A stretch of 64,000 nt of DNA from Methylococcaceae bacterium (lineage in GTDB: Bacteria > Pseudomonadota > Gammaproteobacteria > Methylococcales > Methylomonadaceae), in assembly GCA_007280895.1 (NCBI GenBank), contig QYQN01000023.1, positions 30,861 to 94,860 on the forward strand, read 5' to 3'. The notes beneath the pieces were generated by a model that was not told the origin of the DNA, made no database searches, and saw only the letters and a list, made by a program, of their open reading frames with translations. Of the stretch, positions 25,976 to 36,914 are shown piece after piece. Made by a program: the position numbers and the translations under genes. Numbering within the stretch: the first letter of the stretch is position 1; every line of letters begins with the position of its first letter.

Positions 25976-26764
25976 ATGACAGAACGTGCATTATGGGTAG
26001 CCAAAACTGGACTAGATGCCCAACAAACAAGAATGGCAGTTATTTCAAATAACTTAGCTAACGTCAACACCACAGGATTTAAAAAATCCAGGGCGATATT
26101 TGAAGATTTAATTTATCAAAATATTCGCCAAGTGGGTGCTCAGTCTAATCAAAATAACACCTTACCTTCTGGACTACAGCTGGGCACTGGGGTAAAGACA
26201 GTCGCCACAGAAAAAATTCATAGCCAAGGCAATATTCAACAAACAGGCAATGATTTAGATGTGGCGATTAGTGGACGTGGTTTTTTTCAAATCCAAATGC
26301 CCAATGGTGATATCAATTACTCCCGCGATGGCTCGTTTAAACGAGATGCCGCAGGGCAGTTAGTTACCTCGGGGGGCTTAGTGTTAAATCCACCCATTAC
26401 CATTACGCCAACGGCCTTAAGTATTACCATAGGCAGTGATGGCACAGTCTCCGAGTTACAACCTGGTAACGCCACGCCTGCGGTTGTCGGTCAGATTCAG
26501 ACCGCTAATTTTATCAACCCCACTGGCATGGAACCCATTGGTGAAAATTTATATCGCGAATCCGCAGCCAGTGGCCCACCCATTGTAGGCGTGCCAGGAC
26601 AAAATGAATTTGGTGCCTTGATGCAAGGCTCCTTAGAAACATCCAATGTAAATGTGGTAGAAGAATTGGTCAGCATGATTGAAACGCAGCGTGCCTATGA
26701 AATGAACTCAAAAGCCATTTCTACCACAGATCAAATGTTGTCTTATATAAATCAACAACTTTAA
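25976..26764 (+). CDS. flgG: Flagellar distal rod protein FlgG
   Basis: [33 protein letters not shown]; [27 protein letters not shown]. Confidence 0.95.
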   Translation: MTERALWVAKTGLDAQQTRMAVISNNLANVNTTGFKKSRAIFEDLIYQNIRQVGAQSNQNNTLPSGLQLGTGVKTVATEKIHSQGNIQQTGNDLDVAISGRGFFQIQMPNGDINYSRDGSFKRDAAGQLVTSGGLVLNPPITITPTALSITIGSDGTVSELQPGNATPAVVGQIQTANFINPTGMEPIGENLYRESAASGPPIVGVPGQNEFGALMQGSLETSNVNVVEELVSMIETQRAYEMNSKAISTTDQMLSYINQQL

Positions 26765-26778
26765 CGTGGAATAAACTC

Positions 26779-27456
26779 ATGAATGCGTCCTTATTACGGG
26801 TCTTTACCCTCGCATTATTAACATCTGCCTGCGCACCGCTCCCACCACAACGCGATCCAGCCTTTGCGCCTGTTGCACCGGCCGACTTAAGACCGCCGGC
26901 ACAAAACAGTGGTGCGATTTATCAATCGGGATTTGATATGCGTTTATTTGAAAATATTGCGGCGTTTCGCGTGGGTGATATTTTAACGGTCAAATTACAA
27001 GAAAAAACACAGGCACAAAAAAATGCAGACTTAAATTCCAAAAAAGACACCAGCTTAACTGCTGATGCGCCAGTATTATTGGGCATGGGGGCAGGGGCAC
27101 TGTTATCTGGCAATGGCATGGAAACAACACTTAAATCTTCGCATTCGTTTAAAGGCTCTGGTGATTCCGCCCAAAGCAATAGCTTAACGGGCAATATTGC
27201 CGTCACTGTGATTGAATTACTTCCCAACGGCAATTTAAAAGTACGCGGGGAAAAAGTGGTCAATTTAAATGAAGGCGATGAATATATTCGTGTTTCTGGT
27301 ATTGTCAGACCCGTCGATATTGATGTATCCAATACCATTACAACAGATAACTTAGCCGATGCCACGATCACTTATACCGGCAGTGGAGCCTTAGCAGACG
27401 CCAGTAAAATGGGCTGGTTATCACGTATTATTAACAGCTCTTTGTTTCCTTTTTAA
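26779..27456 (+). CDS. flgH: Flagellar L-ring lipoprotein FlgH
   Basis: Lipobox LLTSAC. GDILTVKLQEKT and ITVIELLPNGNLKVRGEK motifs. Confidence 0.93.
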   Translation: MNASLLRVFTLALLTSACAPLPPQRDPAFAPVAPADLRPPAQNSGAIYQSGFDMRLFENIAAFRVGDILTVKLQEKTQAQKNADLNSKKDTSLTADAPVLLGMGAGALLSGNGMETTLKSSHSFKGSGDSAQSNSLTGNIAVTVIELLPNGNLKVRGEKVVNLNEGDEYIRVSGIVRPVDIDVSNTITTDNLADATITYTGSGALADASKMGWLSRIINSSLFPF

Positions 27457-27504
27457 ACGCAAGCGAAGACTTTTTATTTCCTGAAATTTTCAAAGGACGT
27501 TGTC

Positions 27505-28623
27505 ATGAACAAGCAAGCCACCCCGTTACTTTCTATTACGTTTTACGTCATCACCAGTTTATTGCTGTGTTATGCGCCGGCTACCTTAGCCGAACGAATT
27601 AAAGACATTGCCTCTGTTCAGGGCGTTAGATCAAACCAACTCGTGGGCTACGGCTTAGTCGTAGGACTAGCTTCTTCTGGCGATAAAACAACCTTCACAG
27701 GACAAAGCTTACGCAGCATGTTGGCAAGATTAGGTGTAAGACTCCCCCCCACTATTGATCCTAAATCTAAAAATATTGCAGCGGTTACCATTTCAGCTGA
27801 TTTACCGCCTTTTGCCAAACCTGGGCAAAAAATTGATGTCACCGTATCGTCAATTGGCGATGCAAAAAGCTTGCGTGGTGGTATGTTGTTAATGAGTCCT
27901 CTGAAAGGGGCAGATGGTCAAGTGTATGCCATCGCCCAAGGTAACCTAGTAGTCAGTGGTGTGAGTGCTTCTGGGCAAAGTGGCTCCAGTATTACCGTCA
28001 ATAATCCAAGCGTAGGAAGAATCAATGGCGGCGGCACGGTAGAGCGTAGTGTGAACACGCCCTTTACGAACAGCAAAGAACTTATTTTTGATCTATTTTC
28101 ACCTGACTTCACCACCGCTAACCTTGTGGTTGAGGCTATTAATAAAACCTTGGGTGCAAACACGGCCAAAGCCTTAGATGCCACCTCGGTGCTAGTGAGA
28201 GCACCTTTCAATCCAGCCCAAAAAGTCAATTTTACGGCAATGGTAGAAAATATTATTGTCTTACCCGATGACGCGCCAGCACGCATCATTATTAATTCCA
28301 GAACAGGAACAGTCGTTATTAACGGCAATGTGCGTGTTAAACCAGCGGCAGTTTCACATGGCAATTTGTCAGTGACAATCAGTGAGCGCCCACAAGTCTC
28401 ACAACCTAATGCCTTAGCCAATGGTCAAACTGCGGTTACACCGCAAACACAAGTAGCTGTCAACGAAGAAAAAAACCAAATGTTTTTATTTAACCCAGGT
28501 ATTTCTTTAAATGAAATCGTACAATCGGTCAATAATGTGGGCGCTAGCCCAAGTGATTTAATGGCCATTCTGGAAGCACTTAAAGCGGCTGGCTCAATTC
28601 ATGCTGAGTTAATTATTATCTAA
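27505..28623 (+). CDS. flgI: Flagellar P-ring protein FlgI
   Basis: Signal peptide, then [26 protein letters not shown]-terminal [21 protein letters not shown]. Confidence 0.95.
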   Translation: MNKQATPLLSITFYVITSLLLCYAPATLAERIKDIASVQGVRSNQLVGYGLVVGLASSGDKTTFTGQSLRSMLARLGVRLPPTIDPKSKNIAAVTISADLPPFAKPGQKIDVTVSSIGDAKSLRGGMLLMSPLKGADGQVYAIAQGNLVVSGVSASGQSGSSITVNNPSVGRINGGGTVERSVNTPFTNSKELIFDLFSPDFTTANLVVEAINKTLGANTAKALDATSVLVRAPFNPAQKVNFTAMVENIIVLPDDAPARIIINSRTGTVVINGNVRVKPAAVSHGNLSVTISERPQVSQPNALANGQTAVTPQTQVAVNEEKNQMFLFNPGISLNEIVQSVNNVGASPSDLMAILEALKAAGSIHAELIII

Positions 28624-28661
28624 TTCATGAAAGTTAATACACATTAACTACCGAGGCGTTT

Positions 28662-29723
28662 ATGTTAACGGGTGCAAATACAGATGTTTATAATGACTTT
28701 AATGGCTTAGCTAAGCTAAAACAGCAAGCTAAAAAAGAAGCACCTGAGGCATTAAAAAAAGCAGCGCAGCAATTTGAAGCAATTTTTTTAAGTAATATTC
28801 TTAAAGAAATGCGCCAAGCTAAATTATCAGAGGGCTTACTTGATAACGATCAAAGTCACTTTTACAATGAAATGTATGACCAACAACTGGCATTACACTT
28901 ATCAGGCACGCCAGGCGTAGGCTTGGCTGACATGATTGTCAAACAACTTAGTCCACATCCTGCTACGCCAAAAAATACTGCTCATAGCCTAAGTGATCAG
29001 CCCATTCAGGCAAGTCAAGCAACGTCTGTTGCGCCCAATCACAGTCCTGCTTATCGCCCAAACCTACCGCAAACACCCTATAACAGCATCAAGTCAACAC
29101 TGCTGTTGACACCTGGTCAAGCAACGCTTCGCGCTTACCTTGACGAACCCAACTCTTCTCATAAAATACAAGCAACACCATTTCAGCTTAACGCACCTCT
29201 GCCGATACACTCTCAAGCCCACCAACCTATCTCGTCGACAACTGACTTTGTCACGAGATTGCAGCCTTTAGCGCAAAGGGCGGCAAAAAAACTAGGCATT
29301 GATCCCAAAGCACTATTGGCTCAAGCGGCACTAGAATCAGGATGGGGGAAAGCCGTGATTAAACATAAAGACGGCAGTAGTAGCTATAATTTATTCAACA
29401 TCAAAGCAGATAAATCATGGCAAGGCAGGCAAACGCGTATTACTACCTTAGAATTTGAACAAGGCATTACCAAAAAAGTTAATGCAGGATTTAGAGCCTA
29501 TAATTCCTACGAAGAAAGCTTTAATGATTATGTTGACTTTATACAAAATAATCCACGTTATGCTGATGCCTTAAAAAACACCGCGCACACCGAGCACTAT
29601 ATGCATAAATTACAACAGGCTGGATACGCGTCCGACCCAAATTATGCAAATAAAGTTATTGAAATTTATCATAGTGATACTATAAATAACCCACTAGCAG
29701 ACAATTTTGTTGCTATGAATTAA
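28662..29723 (+). CDS. flgJ: Flagellar rod-assembly protein/peptidoglycan hydrolase FlgJ
   Basis: N-terminal rod-binding domain (AAQQFEAIFLSNILKEMRQA). A P/Q/S-rich linker of about 100 aa. C-terminal glucosaminidase domain (LAQAALESGWGK...YNLFNIK). Confidence 0.9.
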   Translation: MLTGANTDVYNDFNGLAKLKQQAKKEAPEALKKAAQQFEAIFLSNILKEMRQAKLSEGLLDNDQSHFYNEMYDQQLALHLSGTPGVGLADMIVKQLSPHPATPKNTAHSLSDQPIQASQATSVAPNHSPAYRPNLPQTPYNSIKSTLLLTPGQATLRAYLDEPNSSHKIQATPFQLNAPLPIHSQAHQPISSTTDFVTRLQPLAQRAAKKLGIDPKALLAQAALESGWGKAVIKHKDGSSSYNLFNIKADKSWQGRQTRITTLEFEQGITKKVNAGFRAYNSYEESFNDYVDFIQNNPRYADALKNTAHTEHYMHKLQQAGYASDPNYANKVIEIYHSDTINNPLADNFVAMN

Positions 29724-29766
29724 CAACAGACATAGCCTCAATAATTAACATTAGAAGGTAATTACC

Positions 29767-31401
29767 ATGGCAGGCGTTTTAGGCATCTCATTATCAGGTC
29801 TTTTAGCTGCTCAACAAGCACTGGAAACCACAGGACATAATATTGCCAACGTCAACACCGACGGTTACAGTCGCCAACGTGTTGACATGGCTCCCAAAGA
29901 GTCTCAATTTAGTGGCGATGGCTTTGTGGGGCAAGGGGTCACCGCGTCCATTTCGCGTGTGTATGATAAGCTTGTCTCAGACCAACTGGTTTCTAGCACC
30001 TCAACATTTTCCGAATCAGCTATTTTTTCAGGCTTAGCAACTCAAGTGGATAACTTAGTTTCTAACAAATCAACTAATCTGTCGCCCGCACTCACGTCAT
30101 TTTTTAATGCCGCGAATGATGTTGCGAATGATCCAACCTCATTACCTGTGCGGCAAATTATGATTGCTAAAGCAGACTCTATTGCACAAAAGTTCAATTT
30201 AATGTCTAACCAACTTGAAGACATCAGTAAACAAACAAATGTACATATAAGCAACACTGTGGATGAAATCAATGCTTACGCACAAAATATTGCTTATTTA
30301 AACGATAAAATATCACTTAAATACAGTCGTTCAAATACTGGCCAATTACCCAATGACCTCATGGATCAACGCGACTTGTTAATTTCAAAAATTGCTGAAA
30401 AAGTAAATGTCTCCTCCCTGCCTCAAACTGATGGCGGTGTAAATGTCTTCATGGCAAACGGCCAATCATTGGTATTAGGCAAAAATGCATCAAGTGTATC
30501 CGTCAATATTACGGGAAGTGATGGCACCGATATTGTGATAGATATGGATGGTCTAGATATTACGCAGCAAATCAGCAGCGGTGAATTATCTGGCATTATC
30601 AAATTTAAAGAACAAATGCTAAATCCTGCCCAACAAAATATTGGTTTATTAGCTGCGGGGGTTGCTGTAAAAATTAATGAAATTCATCAAGCTGGCTTTG
30701 ATTTACAAGGGAACCCAGGTCAAGATTTATTTTCAATTAATGCCCCTCAAGTTGTCCCTAGCAGCAATAACGTCGGCGTAATTAGTGTTAATTATGATGC
30801 CGCATCAATGAATCAATTAATGCCAAGTGATTATCAACTTAGCTACGATGGCGTGCAATTTTCCTTAACCCGCTTAACTGACAACACTGTCACCACCTTT
30901 CAAAGCCAACCTCCGACAACAATCGATGGGCCAGGCTTTAAAATTGATGCCTCAGATACTACGCTTTCTGCAGGCGATACGTTTTTAATACAGCCTACCT
31001 TAAAAGCGGCTGGGACATTCAAGTCCATTATTACTGATCCGCTCATGATTGCAGCGTCCAGCAGCCTTAACCAATTACCAGGTGATAATCAAAATGCCTT
31101 AACAATGGCTAATGCAGGAAACCTAAGTTTTTTATTAAATGGCAGAACGACGTTTAACGATCTAAATGGTAATTTTATTGCTCAAATTGGTTCACAAACC
31201 AATGCGGCTAAAATAAATGATGCAGCACAAGAAGCCTTATTTAATGCAGCCAAGACCACTAAAGAAAGTTTTTCTGGGGTTAACTTAGATGAAGAAGCGG
31301 CTAATTTAATTAAATACAAACAATCTTACGAAGCCGCTGCGCAAGCGATTTCAGTATCAAACTCATTATTTGATACGCTTATACAAGCAACTAGAAGCTA
31401 G
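29767..31401 (+). CDS. flgK: Hook-filament junction protein FlgK (HAP1)
   Basis: N-terminal LSGLLAAQQALETTGHNIANVNTDGYSRQ and C-terminal GVNLDEEAANLIKYKQSYEAAAQ. Confidence 0.9.
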   Translation: MAGVLGISLSGLLAAQQALETTGHNIANVNTDGYSRQRVDMAPKESQFSGDGFVGQGVTASISRVYDKLVSDQLVSSTSTFSESAIFSGLATQVDNLVSNKSTNLSPALTSFFNAANDVANDPTSLPVRQIMIAKADSIAQKFNLMSNQLEDISKQTNVHISNTVDEINAYAQNIAYLNDKISLKYSRSNTGQLPNDLMDQRDLLISKIAEKVNVSSLPQTDGGVNVFMANGQSLVLGKNASSVSVNITGSDGTDIVIDMDGLDITQQISSGELSGIIKFKEQMLNPAQQNIGLLAAGVAVKINEIHQAGFDLQGNPGQDLFSINAPQVVPSSNNVGVISVNYDAASMNQLMPSDYQLSYDGVQFSLTRLTDNTVTTFQSQPPTTIDGPGFKIDASDTTLSAGDTFLIQPTLKAAGTFKSIITDPLMIAASSSLNQLPGDNQNALTMANAGNLSFLLNGRTTFNDLNGNFIAQIGSQTNAAKINDAAQEALFNAAKTTKESFSGVNLDEEAANLIKYKQSYEAAAQAISVSNSLFDTLIQATRS

Positions 31402-31408
31402 GTTCACA

Positions 31409-32368
31409 ATGAGAATATCAACAGCATGGTCACAACAGGTTGAAGTAAATGCCTTACAAAGCCAACAATCAAAATTAGTACAAACACAAATTCAATTAGG
31501 CAGTAACCAAAAAATTAATAATGCCTCGGATGATCCTCTGGCGACCTTAACTATTAATAATTTAAATAAAAGTATTGCTCAAACAACTCAATATCAAACC
31601 AATATTACGACTGCAGAACAACGCTTAGAATTAGAAGACAGTGTCTTGCAAAGCGCAACCGACATTCTGGGCAGAATAAAAGAGCTGGCTGTACAGAGCC
31701 TCAATGCAACGTATTCAGCGAATGATCGATCAGTCATGGCAATGGAAATGGAAGGGTTAAATGATGAACTCATGAGTATTGCCAATACTAAAAATACCAA
31801 TGGCGAATATATATTTGCAGGCTTTAAAAGCTCTACGCCCGCATTTACTAAAGCAACGCCTTCTAGCAATGCTTCCGCTACTGATGCTACATCAGTCAGC
31901 ATGCTGACATATACTGGCGATCTCAATACTCGCTCAATACAAATTGGCCTAAACAGACAAATTAAAGATGGTGATAATGGAGTAACTGTCTTTGGAGAAC
32001 CTAATACCACAGACAGCCTTGCCAATATACCAGCGGGCTCATTTACCAATGTTTTTCAAGGCATCGAAAAAATGGTTACTGATTTAAGAGCCAATCAACC
32101 AAATGATTTATCGCTAACTGATCTTGATAATTCATTAAATAAATTAGTGTCTGCACGTGCATCGGTTGGTGTGCGCTTAAATGCCTTAGAAGACCAAAAC
32201 ACCATCAATGACGACTTTCTACTGGGCATGAAATCCGTGTTATCTGATACCCAAGACCTTGATTATACAGAAGCCATTTCTAGGCTTAATGCACAATCAC
32301 TCTCCTTACAAATTGCCCAACAATCTTACGCACAAATCAAACAGTTATCGTTATTTAAATACTTGTAA
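31409..32368 (+). CDS. flgL: Hook-filament junction protein FlgL (HAP3)
   Basis: Start moved to the ATG at 31409 (MRISTAWSQQ). Flagellin-like N- and C-terminal helices (SDDPLA; ISRLNAQSLSLQIAQQSYAQI). Confidence 0.85.
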   Translation: MRISTAWSQQVEVNALQSQQSKLVQTQIQLGSNQKINNASDDPLATLTINNLNKSIAQTTQYQTNITTAEQRLELEDSVLQSATDILGRIKELAVQSLNATYSANDRSVMAMEMEGLNDELMSIANTKNTNGEYIFAGFKSSTPAFTKATPSSNASATDATSVSMLTYTGDLNTRSIQIGLNRQIKDGDNGVTVFGEPNTTDSLANIPAGSFTNVFQGIEKMVTDLRANQPNDLSLTDLDNSLNKLVSARASVGVRLNALEDQNTINDDFLLGMKSVLSDTQDLDYTEAISRLNAQSLSLQIAQQSYAQIKQLSLFKYL

Positions 32369-32633
32369 AGTAAGTATTCGCCCCGCCTTTTTTTTAAATA
32401 CCCAAAGGGAATCGTGAGGGGGGGGCTGTAACGCGAGGACACATTTCTGAAAAATCTCCTTTACTCGCTATTAAAAAAGAGGGTGGCTAAATAATTACGA
32501 AGTCATCCTTTTGATAGGCCAATAATGATGCTAAATACGCATCAACCATCACTGGAAATAATCATTCAGGTAATGCAGAATACTCTTACAATGATATTTC
32601 ATACTATAAAGTTAAAAACCAAGGTTATTTACT

Positions 32634-33140
32634 ATGGCTGAACAAGCATCAGACGACGACGGCAGTCGTAAAGTTGTTAAAACAAAACTGTTAATTCTCA
32701 TCGGCGCAGGGATTTTACTGTTGGCTCTGGGTGGCGGTGCGGTCTATTTTTTCATGGGCGGCTCAAGTGCTAAAAACACCCACGCTGAAGAACCTGTAGA
32801 AGAAGTTAAAAAAGAATGGGTGGACGCTCTTTATTTTGACGTAACCAAACCTTTTATTGTTGACTTTCCAACTGGCTCATCAATGCAGTTGGTGCAAGTA
32901 GCGGTCACGTTTGTTGTCGAAAATGAAGCCGTCATCGCTGGCTTGAAAAAAAATGAACCCATGGTAAGAAATAACTTACTCAACATTATCAGTGCACAAA
33001 CGCCAGAAATTTTAAATACCACTGAAGGTAAAGAAGCGTTACGAAAAAGCATGCTTGATGAAATTAATGCTATTCTTAAAAAACTTGAGATACATGGAGA
33101 AACCAAAGAAGTGTTATTTACGTCTTTTATAATGCAATAA
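32634..33140 (+). CDS. fliL: Flagellar basal-body-associated protein FliL
   Basis: Single N-terminal TM segment, size about 168 aa, FliL-like C-terminal region (EALRKSMLDEINAIL). Directly precedes fliM. Confidence 0.8.
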   Translation: MAEQASDDDGSRKVVKTKLLILIGAGILLLALGGGAVYFFMGGSSAKNTHAEEPVEEVKKEWVDALYFDVTKPFIVDFPTGSSMQLVQVAVTFVVENEAVIAGLKKNEPMVRNNLLNIISAQTPEILNTTEGKEALRKSMLDEINAILKKLEIHGETKEVLFTSFIMQ

Positions 33141-33143
33141 ATC

Positions 33144-34112
33144 ATGAGTGACTTACTCTCGCAAGAAGAAATCGATGCACTTTTATATGGTGTAGACGAA
33201 GGTGAAATACCTACAGATAGTAATGATTCATACGATAAAAGTATTGTTAGAGAATATAACTTTGGTAGTCAAGAAAGAATCATTCGTGGGCGTATGCCTA
33301 CCATGGAAATGGTTAATGAACGCTTTACGCGCTTATTACGCAATTCCTTATTTTTGTTTCTTCGACGCTCCGCAGAAGTATTTATAACGGGCATACAGGT
33401 AAAGAAATTTTCAGAGTATGTCTTAGGACTTCACGTTCCAACCAATCTCAATATTATTCGTGTTGCTCCGCTAAGAGGTCGTGCATTAGTCGTTATTGAA
33501 TCGCCATTAGTCTTTACTTTAGTAGAAAATTTTTTTGGTGGCGGTGGTCAGTTTCATCCAAAAATGGATGGTCGTGAATATTCCGCCACCGAAATGCGCG
33601 TTATTAAGTTAGTTATCGATATTCTTTTTAAAGATTTAAAAATTGCCTGGAAACCGGTCATAGAGCTGGATTTTGAATACTTAGGCTCAGAAACAAATCC
33701 TCAATTTGCCAATATTGTTAGCCCGGCTGAAATTGTTGTCATCTCTGCACTACATATTGAATTAGAAGGCGGTGGCGGCGACATCAACATTACCATGCCC
33801 TATTCAATGCTGGAACCCATCCGAGATTTACTGGTTGCCATTAGTAGCGACGCGGGTGAAACAGATGGTAGTTTTCAAATAGGCTTACGCAATGAATTAT
33901 TAAGAACAGAAATGGAAGCCAACTGCTTATTAGTAGAAAAAAATATTACCTTAAGAGATGTGATGAGTTTTAAAAAAGGCGATATTATTCCCTTTGATAT
34001 GGCAAAAACGCTCACCTTAGATATTGGCGGAGTTCGGGTATTTGATTGTAAAGTAGGGGTTTCTGACGGAAACTATGCCGTGCAAATACTCAACCAACAT
34101 ATTGATGAATAA
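33144..34112 (+). CDS. fliM: Flagellar motor switch protein FliM
   Basis: N-terminal CheY-P-binding motif LSQEEIDALL, a central FliM domain and a C-terminal SpoA-like domain. Confidence 0.93.
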   Translation: MSDLLSQEEIDALLYGVDEGEIPTDSNDSYDKSIVREYNFGSQERIIRGRMPTMEMVNERFTRLLRNSLFLFLRRSAEVFITGIQVKKFSEYVLGLHVPTNLNIIRVAPLRGRALVVIESPLVFTLVENFFGGGGQFHPKMDGREYSATEMRVIKLVIDILFKDLKIAWKPVIELDFEYLGSETNPQFANIVSPAEIVVISALHIELEGGGGDINITMPYSMLEPIRDLLVAISSDAGETDGSFQIGLRNELLRTEMEANCLLVEKNITLRDVMSFKKGDIIPFDMAKTLTLDIGGVRVFDCKVGVSDGNYAVQILNQHIDE

Positions 34113-34164
34113 AGTTATTTTTCATACTATGCCCTTAATATTAACCACTACTTAAAGAACCATT

Positions 34165-34578
34165 ATGAGTGAAGATACCGAAGAAGAAACCGAAGAATAC
34201 AACTATGATGAAGAATATGTTCAACCAGAAAGAGAAGAAGATCTGGCTGCGGCAACCTTTGAAGAACTAGAAAATCCATTCAAAGACAAAAAACCACCAC
34301 AATGGTCTTCAGAAGAAGTCAACATGGATGTGATTTTAGACGTGCCTGTCACCATTGCCATGGAAATTGGTCGCGCTCAAATCAATATCAGAAACTTACT
34401 GCAACTTAACCAAGGGTCGGTGGTGGAATTGGATCGTTTTGCTGGTGAACCTTTGGACGTACTGGTTAACGGAACGTTAATCGCACATGGCGAAGTTGTT
34501 GTCGTTAATGATAAATTTGGCATTCGCTTAACCGAAGTTATTAGCCCTTCAGAACGGGTAAGACGATTAACAAAATGA
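34165..34578 (+). CDS. fliN: Flagellar motor switch protein FliN
   Basis: Acidic N-terminus. C-terminal SpoA domain (LDVPVTIAMEIGRAQINIRNLLQLNQGSVVELD...VVVVNDKFGIRLTEV). Confidence 0.92.
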   Translation: MSEDTEEETEEYNYDEEYVQPEREEDLAAATFEELENPFKDKKPPQWSSEEVNMDVILDVPVTIAMEIGRAQINIRNLLQLNQGSVVELDRFAGEPLDVLVNGTLIAHGEVVVVNDKFGIRLTEVISPSERVRRLTK

Positions 34579-35015
34579 CAGCACCTCACTTTGCATTTAA
34601 CAGCGTTATCCTATTATTTTTTTATTCAACCTATTGTGTGGGTGCAACCGAACCCGCATCGAGCATAGTCAACCCTCACTTCTACAGCTCAGGCGGCATT
34701 GCATTAGTGTTGGTGGTTATGCTATTTCTTATTAGCGCCTGGGGATTTAATAAACTAACGTCGCGCCCACCCTCTCAAACGACCAACAAAATGCACATTG
34801 TAGATGGGATATCCTTGGGCATGAGAGAAAAAATAATGCTTTTGCAACTAGGTAAAAAACAATTAGTTATTGGTGTTACGCCAGGAAAAATAGAGACACT
34901 CTATGTGCTTGAAGGCGAGGAATGCTTAATACGTGATAACGACTCATCAAAACTAAATTTATCGCCTTTTGCACAAAAATTAAAACAATCCATGATGCAA
35001 CGCGCCGACACTTAA
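34575..35015 (+). CDS. fliO: Flagellar export apparatus protein FliO
   Basis: ATGA overlap with fliN. Single TM segment. [27 protein letters not shown] motif. Position between fliN and fliP. Confidence 0.7.
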   Translation: MTAPHFAFNSVILLFFYSTYCVGATEPASSIVNPHFYSSGGIALVLVVMLFLISAWGFNKLTSRPPSQTTNKMHIVDGISLGMREKIMLLQLGKKQLVIGVTPGKIETLYVLEGEECLIRDNDSSKLNLSPFAQKLKQSMMQRADT

Positions 35016-35086
35016 TCACCTCTTCCAAGCATTATAATGATAACAACGACACACCATGCGTTATACCCAAAACAACATCAAGGCAG

Positions 35087-35848
35087 TTGGCAATGATTAG
35101 TCGCGTGTTGCGTGTCATCGTCGGCGTAGGTCTATTATTATTTGCACTAGAGCCTTCCATAGCAAGCCCTGGCGTTGATGCCGTCACCGTCACCAGCAAT
35201 CCTGAAGGTGGACAAACTTACAGCGTCACCTTACAAATTTTAGCGTTAATGACTTTATTAACCTTATTGCCCTCCTTATTATTGGCAATGACGTCATTTA
35301 CCCGCATTATGATTGTACTTAGCTTATTACGCCAAGCACTCGGCACAGGACAAGCACCTAGCAATCAAATTCTATTAGGGCTATCGTTATTCTTAACTAT
35401 CTTCATCATGATGCCCGTCTTCGAACGCGTCAACACGGAAGCAGTGCAACCTTATTTAGAAGAAAAAATAGACCCCATGACCGCAATAAAAGTGGCCTCT
35501 GAGCCATTTCGTCAATTTATGCTTAAACAAACCCGAGAAGCTGACTTAGAAATGTTTATCAGAATTTCAGGTAAAGCCGAATTGAAAAGTGCTGACGATG
35601 TACCTTTTTCACTACTCTTACCCGCTTACGTTACCAGTGAATTAAAAACAGCTTTTCAAATTGGCTTTTTACTCTTTTTACCTTTTTTAATTATCGATTT
35701 GGTAGTCTCCAGCGTCTTAATGTCCATGGGCATGATGATGTTATCGCCCATGGTCATTTCCCTTCCCTTCAAAATTATGCTGTTTGTGTTAGCAGATGGT
35801 TGGTCCTTAATTATGGAAATGCTGGCGGCTAGTTTTTATGTTAGTTAA
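35087..35848 (+). CDS. fliP: Flagellar export apparatus protein FliP
   Basis: Conserved FliP core ([29 protein letters not shown]...; [34 protein letters not shown]). The start is TTG at 35087 or ATG at 35093. Confidence 0.95.
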   Translation: MAMISRVLRVIVGVGLLLFALEPSIASPGVDAVTVTSNPEGGQTYSVTLQILALMTLLTLLPSLLLAMTSFTRIMIVLSLLRQALGTGQAPSNQILLGLSLFLTIFIMMPVFERVNTEAVQPYLEEKIDPMTAIKVASEPFRQFMLKQTREADLEMFIRISGKAELKSADDVPFSLLLPAYVTSELKTAFQIGFLLFLPFLIIDLVVSSVLMSMGMMMLSPMVISLPFKIMLFVLADGWSLIMEMLAASFYVS

Positions 35849-35863
35849 CGGTCTCACTATTTC

Positions 35864-36133
35864 ATGACTCCGGAAATTATTTATCGCGTTAGCCAAGATG
35901 CAATGATAATAGCGGTAAAGCTATCGGCACCAATGCTTTTGCCATCCTTAGTCATTGGTTTAATCATTGCTATGTTTCAAGCTGCCACACAAATTAATGA
36001 ATCCACCTTAACATTCGTCCCTAAATTAATCATTATGGTGCTTGTTTTGCTCATTTTAGGCCCCGGAATGCTACAAATGTTCCTTGATTATTTTCAAGAT
36101 TTAATCAGAGATATTCCTCACCTCATCGGTTAA
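35864..36133 (+). CDS. fliQ: Flagellar export apparatus protein FliQ
   Basis: 89 aa, 2 TM segments, FQAATQINESTLTFVPK motif. Confidence 0.93.
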   Translation: MTPEIIYRVSQDAMIIAVKLSAPMLLPSLVIGLIIAMFQAATQINESTLTFVPKLIIMVLVLLILGPGMLQMFLDYFQDLIRDIPHLIG

Positions 36134-36137
36134 CGAT

Positions 36138-36911
36138 GTGAAGATAACCGAAGCCGAAATACTTCAGTGGATTGCCCAATTTGTATGGCCATTAATTCGT
36201 ATTAGCGCCATGTTTATTGCTATGCCAATTTTTAGTATTCAATCGGTACCCGCGCGATCACGGCTAATTTTAGCGCTAGTTATCACGTTGTTTATGATGC
36301 CACTGTTGCCCCAATTACCCCAAGTAGAGCTCTTTAGTTATAGCGGCATTATGATTTCTATTCACCAAGTCATCATCGGCTTAGTTACTGGCTTTATTTT
36401 ACAAATGGCCTTTGCAGCGGTGGTATTTGCTGGACAAGGCGTAGCCTTAAGCATGGGTTTAGGCTTTGCATCGATGATTGACCCTCAAAATGGCCAACAA
36501 GTACCTGTTATTGCACAACTTTATGTTATCTTAACAACACTGATTTTTTTAAGCTTTAATGGCCACTTACTGGTTATTAAAATGTTATTGGATAGCTTCA
36601 CCAGCTTACCCATTGGCTTAGATGGCATAACACGCAATGATATTTGGATCATTAGCTCCTGGTGTAGTCATATTTTTGCCGCTGGTTTATTATTATCCAT
36701 CCCCATCATCATCAGCTTATTACTCATTAATATTTGCTTTGGTATTGCCGCACGTGCGGCTCCGCAACTAAATATATTTTCAATTGGCTTTCCATCTTCA
36801 TTATTTTTAGGCACCTTATTAATTTGGCTGACATTACCCGATATACTCGACCAATTTTCTGATATTCTGATAGAAACCTATAATCTAATTGAAAATACAC
36901 TTCGTCTATAA
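36138..36911 (+). CDS. fliR: Flagellar export apparatus protein FliR
   Basis: GTG start. Polytopic FliR pattern. Position between fliQ and flhB. Confidence 0.9.
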   Translation: MKITEAEILQWIAQFVWPLIRISAMFIAMPIFSIQSVPARSRLILALVITLFMMPLLPQLPQVELFSYSGIMISIHQVIIGLVTGFILQMAFAAVVFAGQGVALSMGLGFASMIDPQNGQQVPVIAQLYVILTTLIFLSFNGHLLVIKMLLDSFTSLPIGLDGITRNDIWIISSWCSHIFAAGLLLSIPIIISLLLINICFGIAARAAPQLNIFSIGFPSSLFLGTLLIWLTLPDILDQFSDILIETYNLIENTLRL

Positions 36912-36914
36912 GCC

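Noticed and set aside
26922-28421. Long antisense ORFs inside flgH (26922-27371, 149 aa) and flgI (27918-28421, 167 aa)
   Set aside because: They lie opposite strongly conserved flagellar genes and have low-complexity S/T/A/L-rich translations. I saw no Shine-Dalgarno sequence. The same reasoning applies to 31594-32049 (in flgL), 40986-41435 (in flhF), 23518-23820, 12776-13030 and 63609-63995.
32525-32641. 38-codon ORF (MMLNTHQPSLEII...) whose TGA stop overlaps the fliL start region
   Set aside because: No Shine-Dalgarno sequence and no recognisable peptide features. An ORF of this length arises easily by chance. It is kept only as a note in case ribosome profiling shows a leader peptide.
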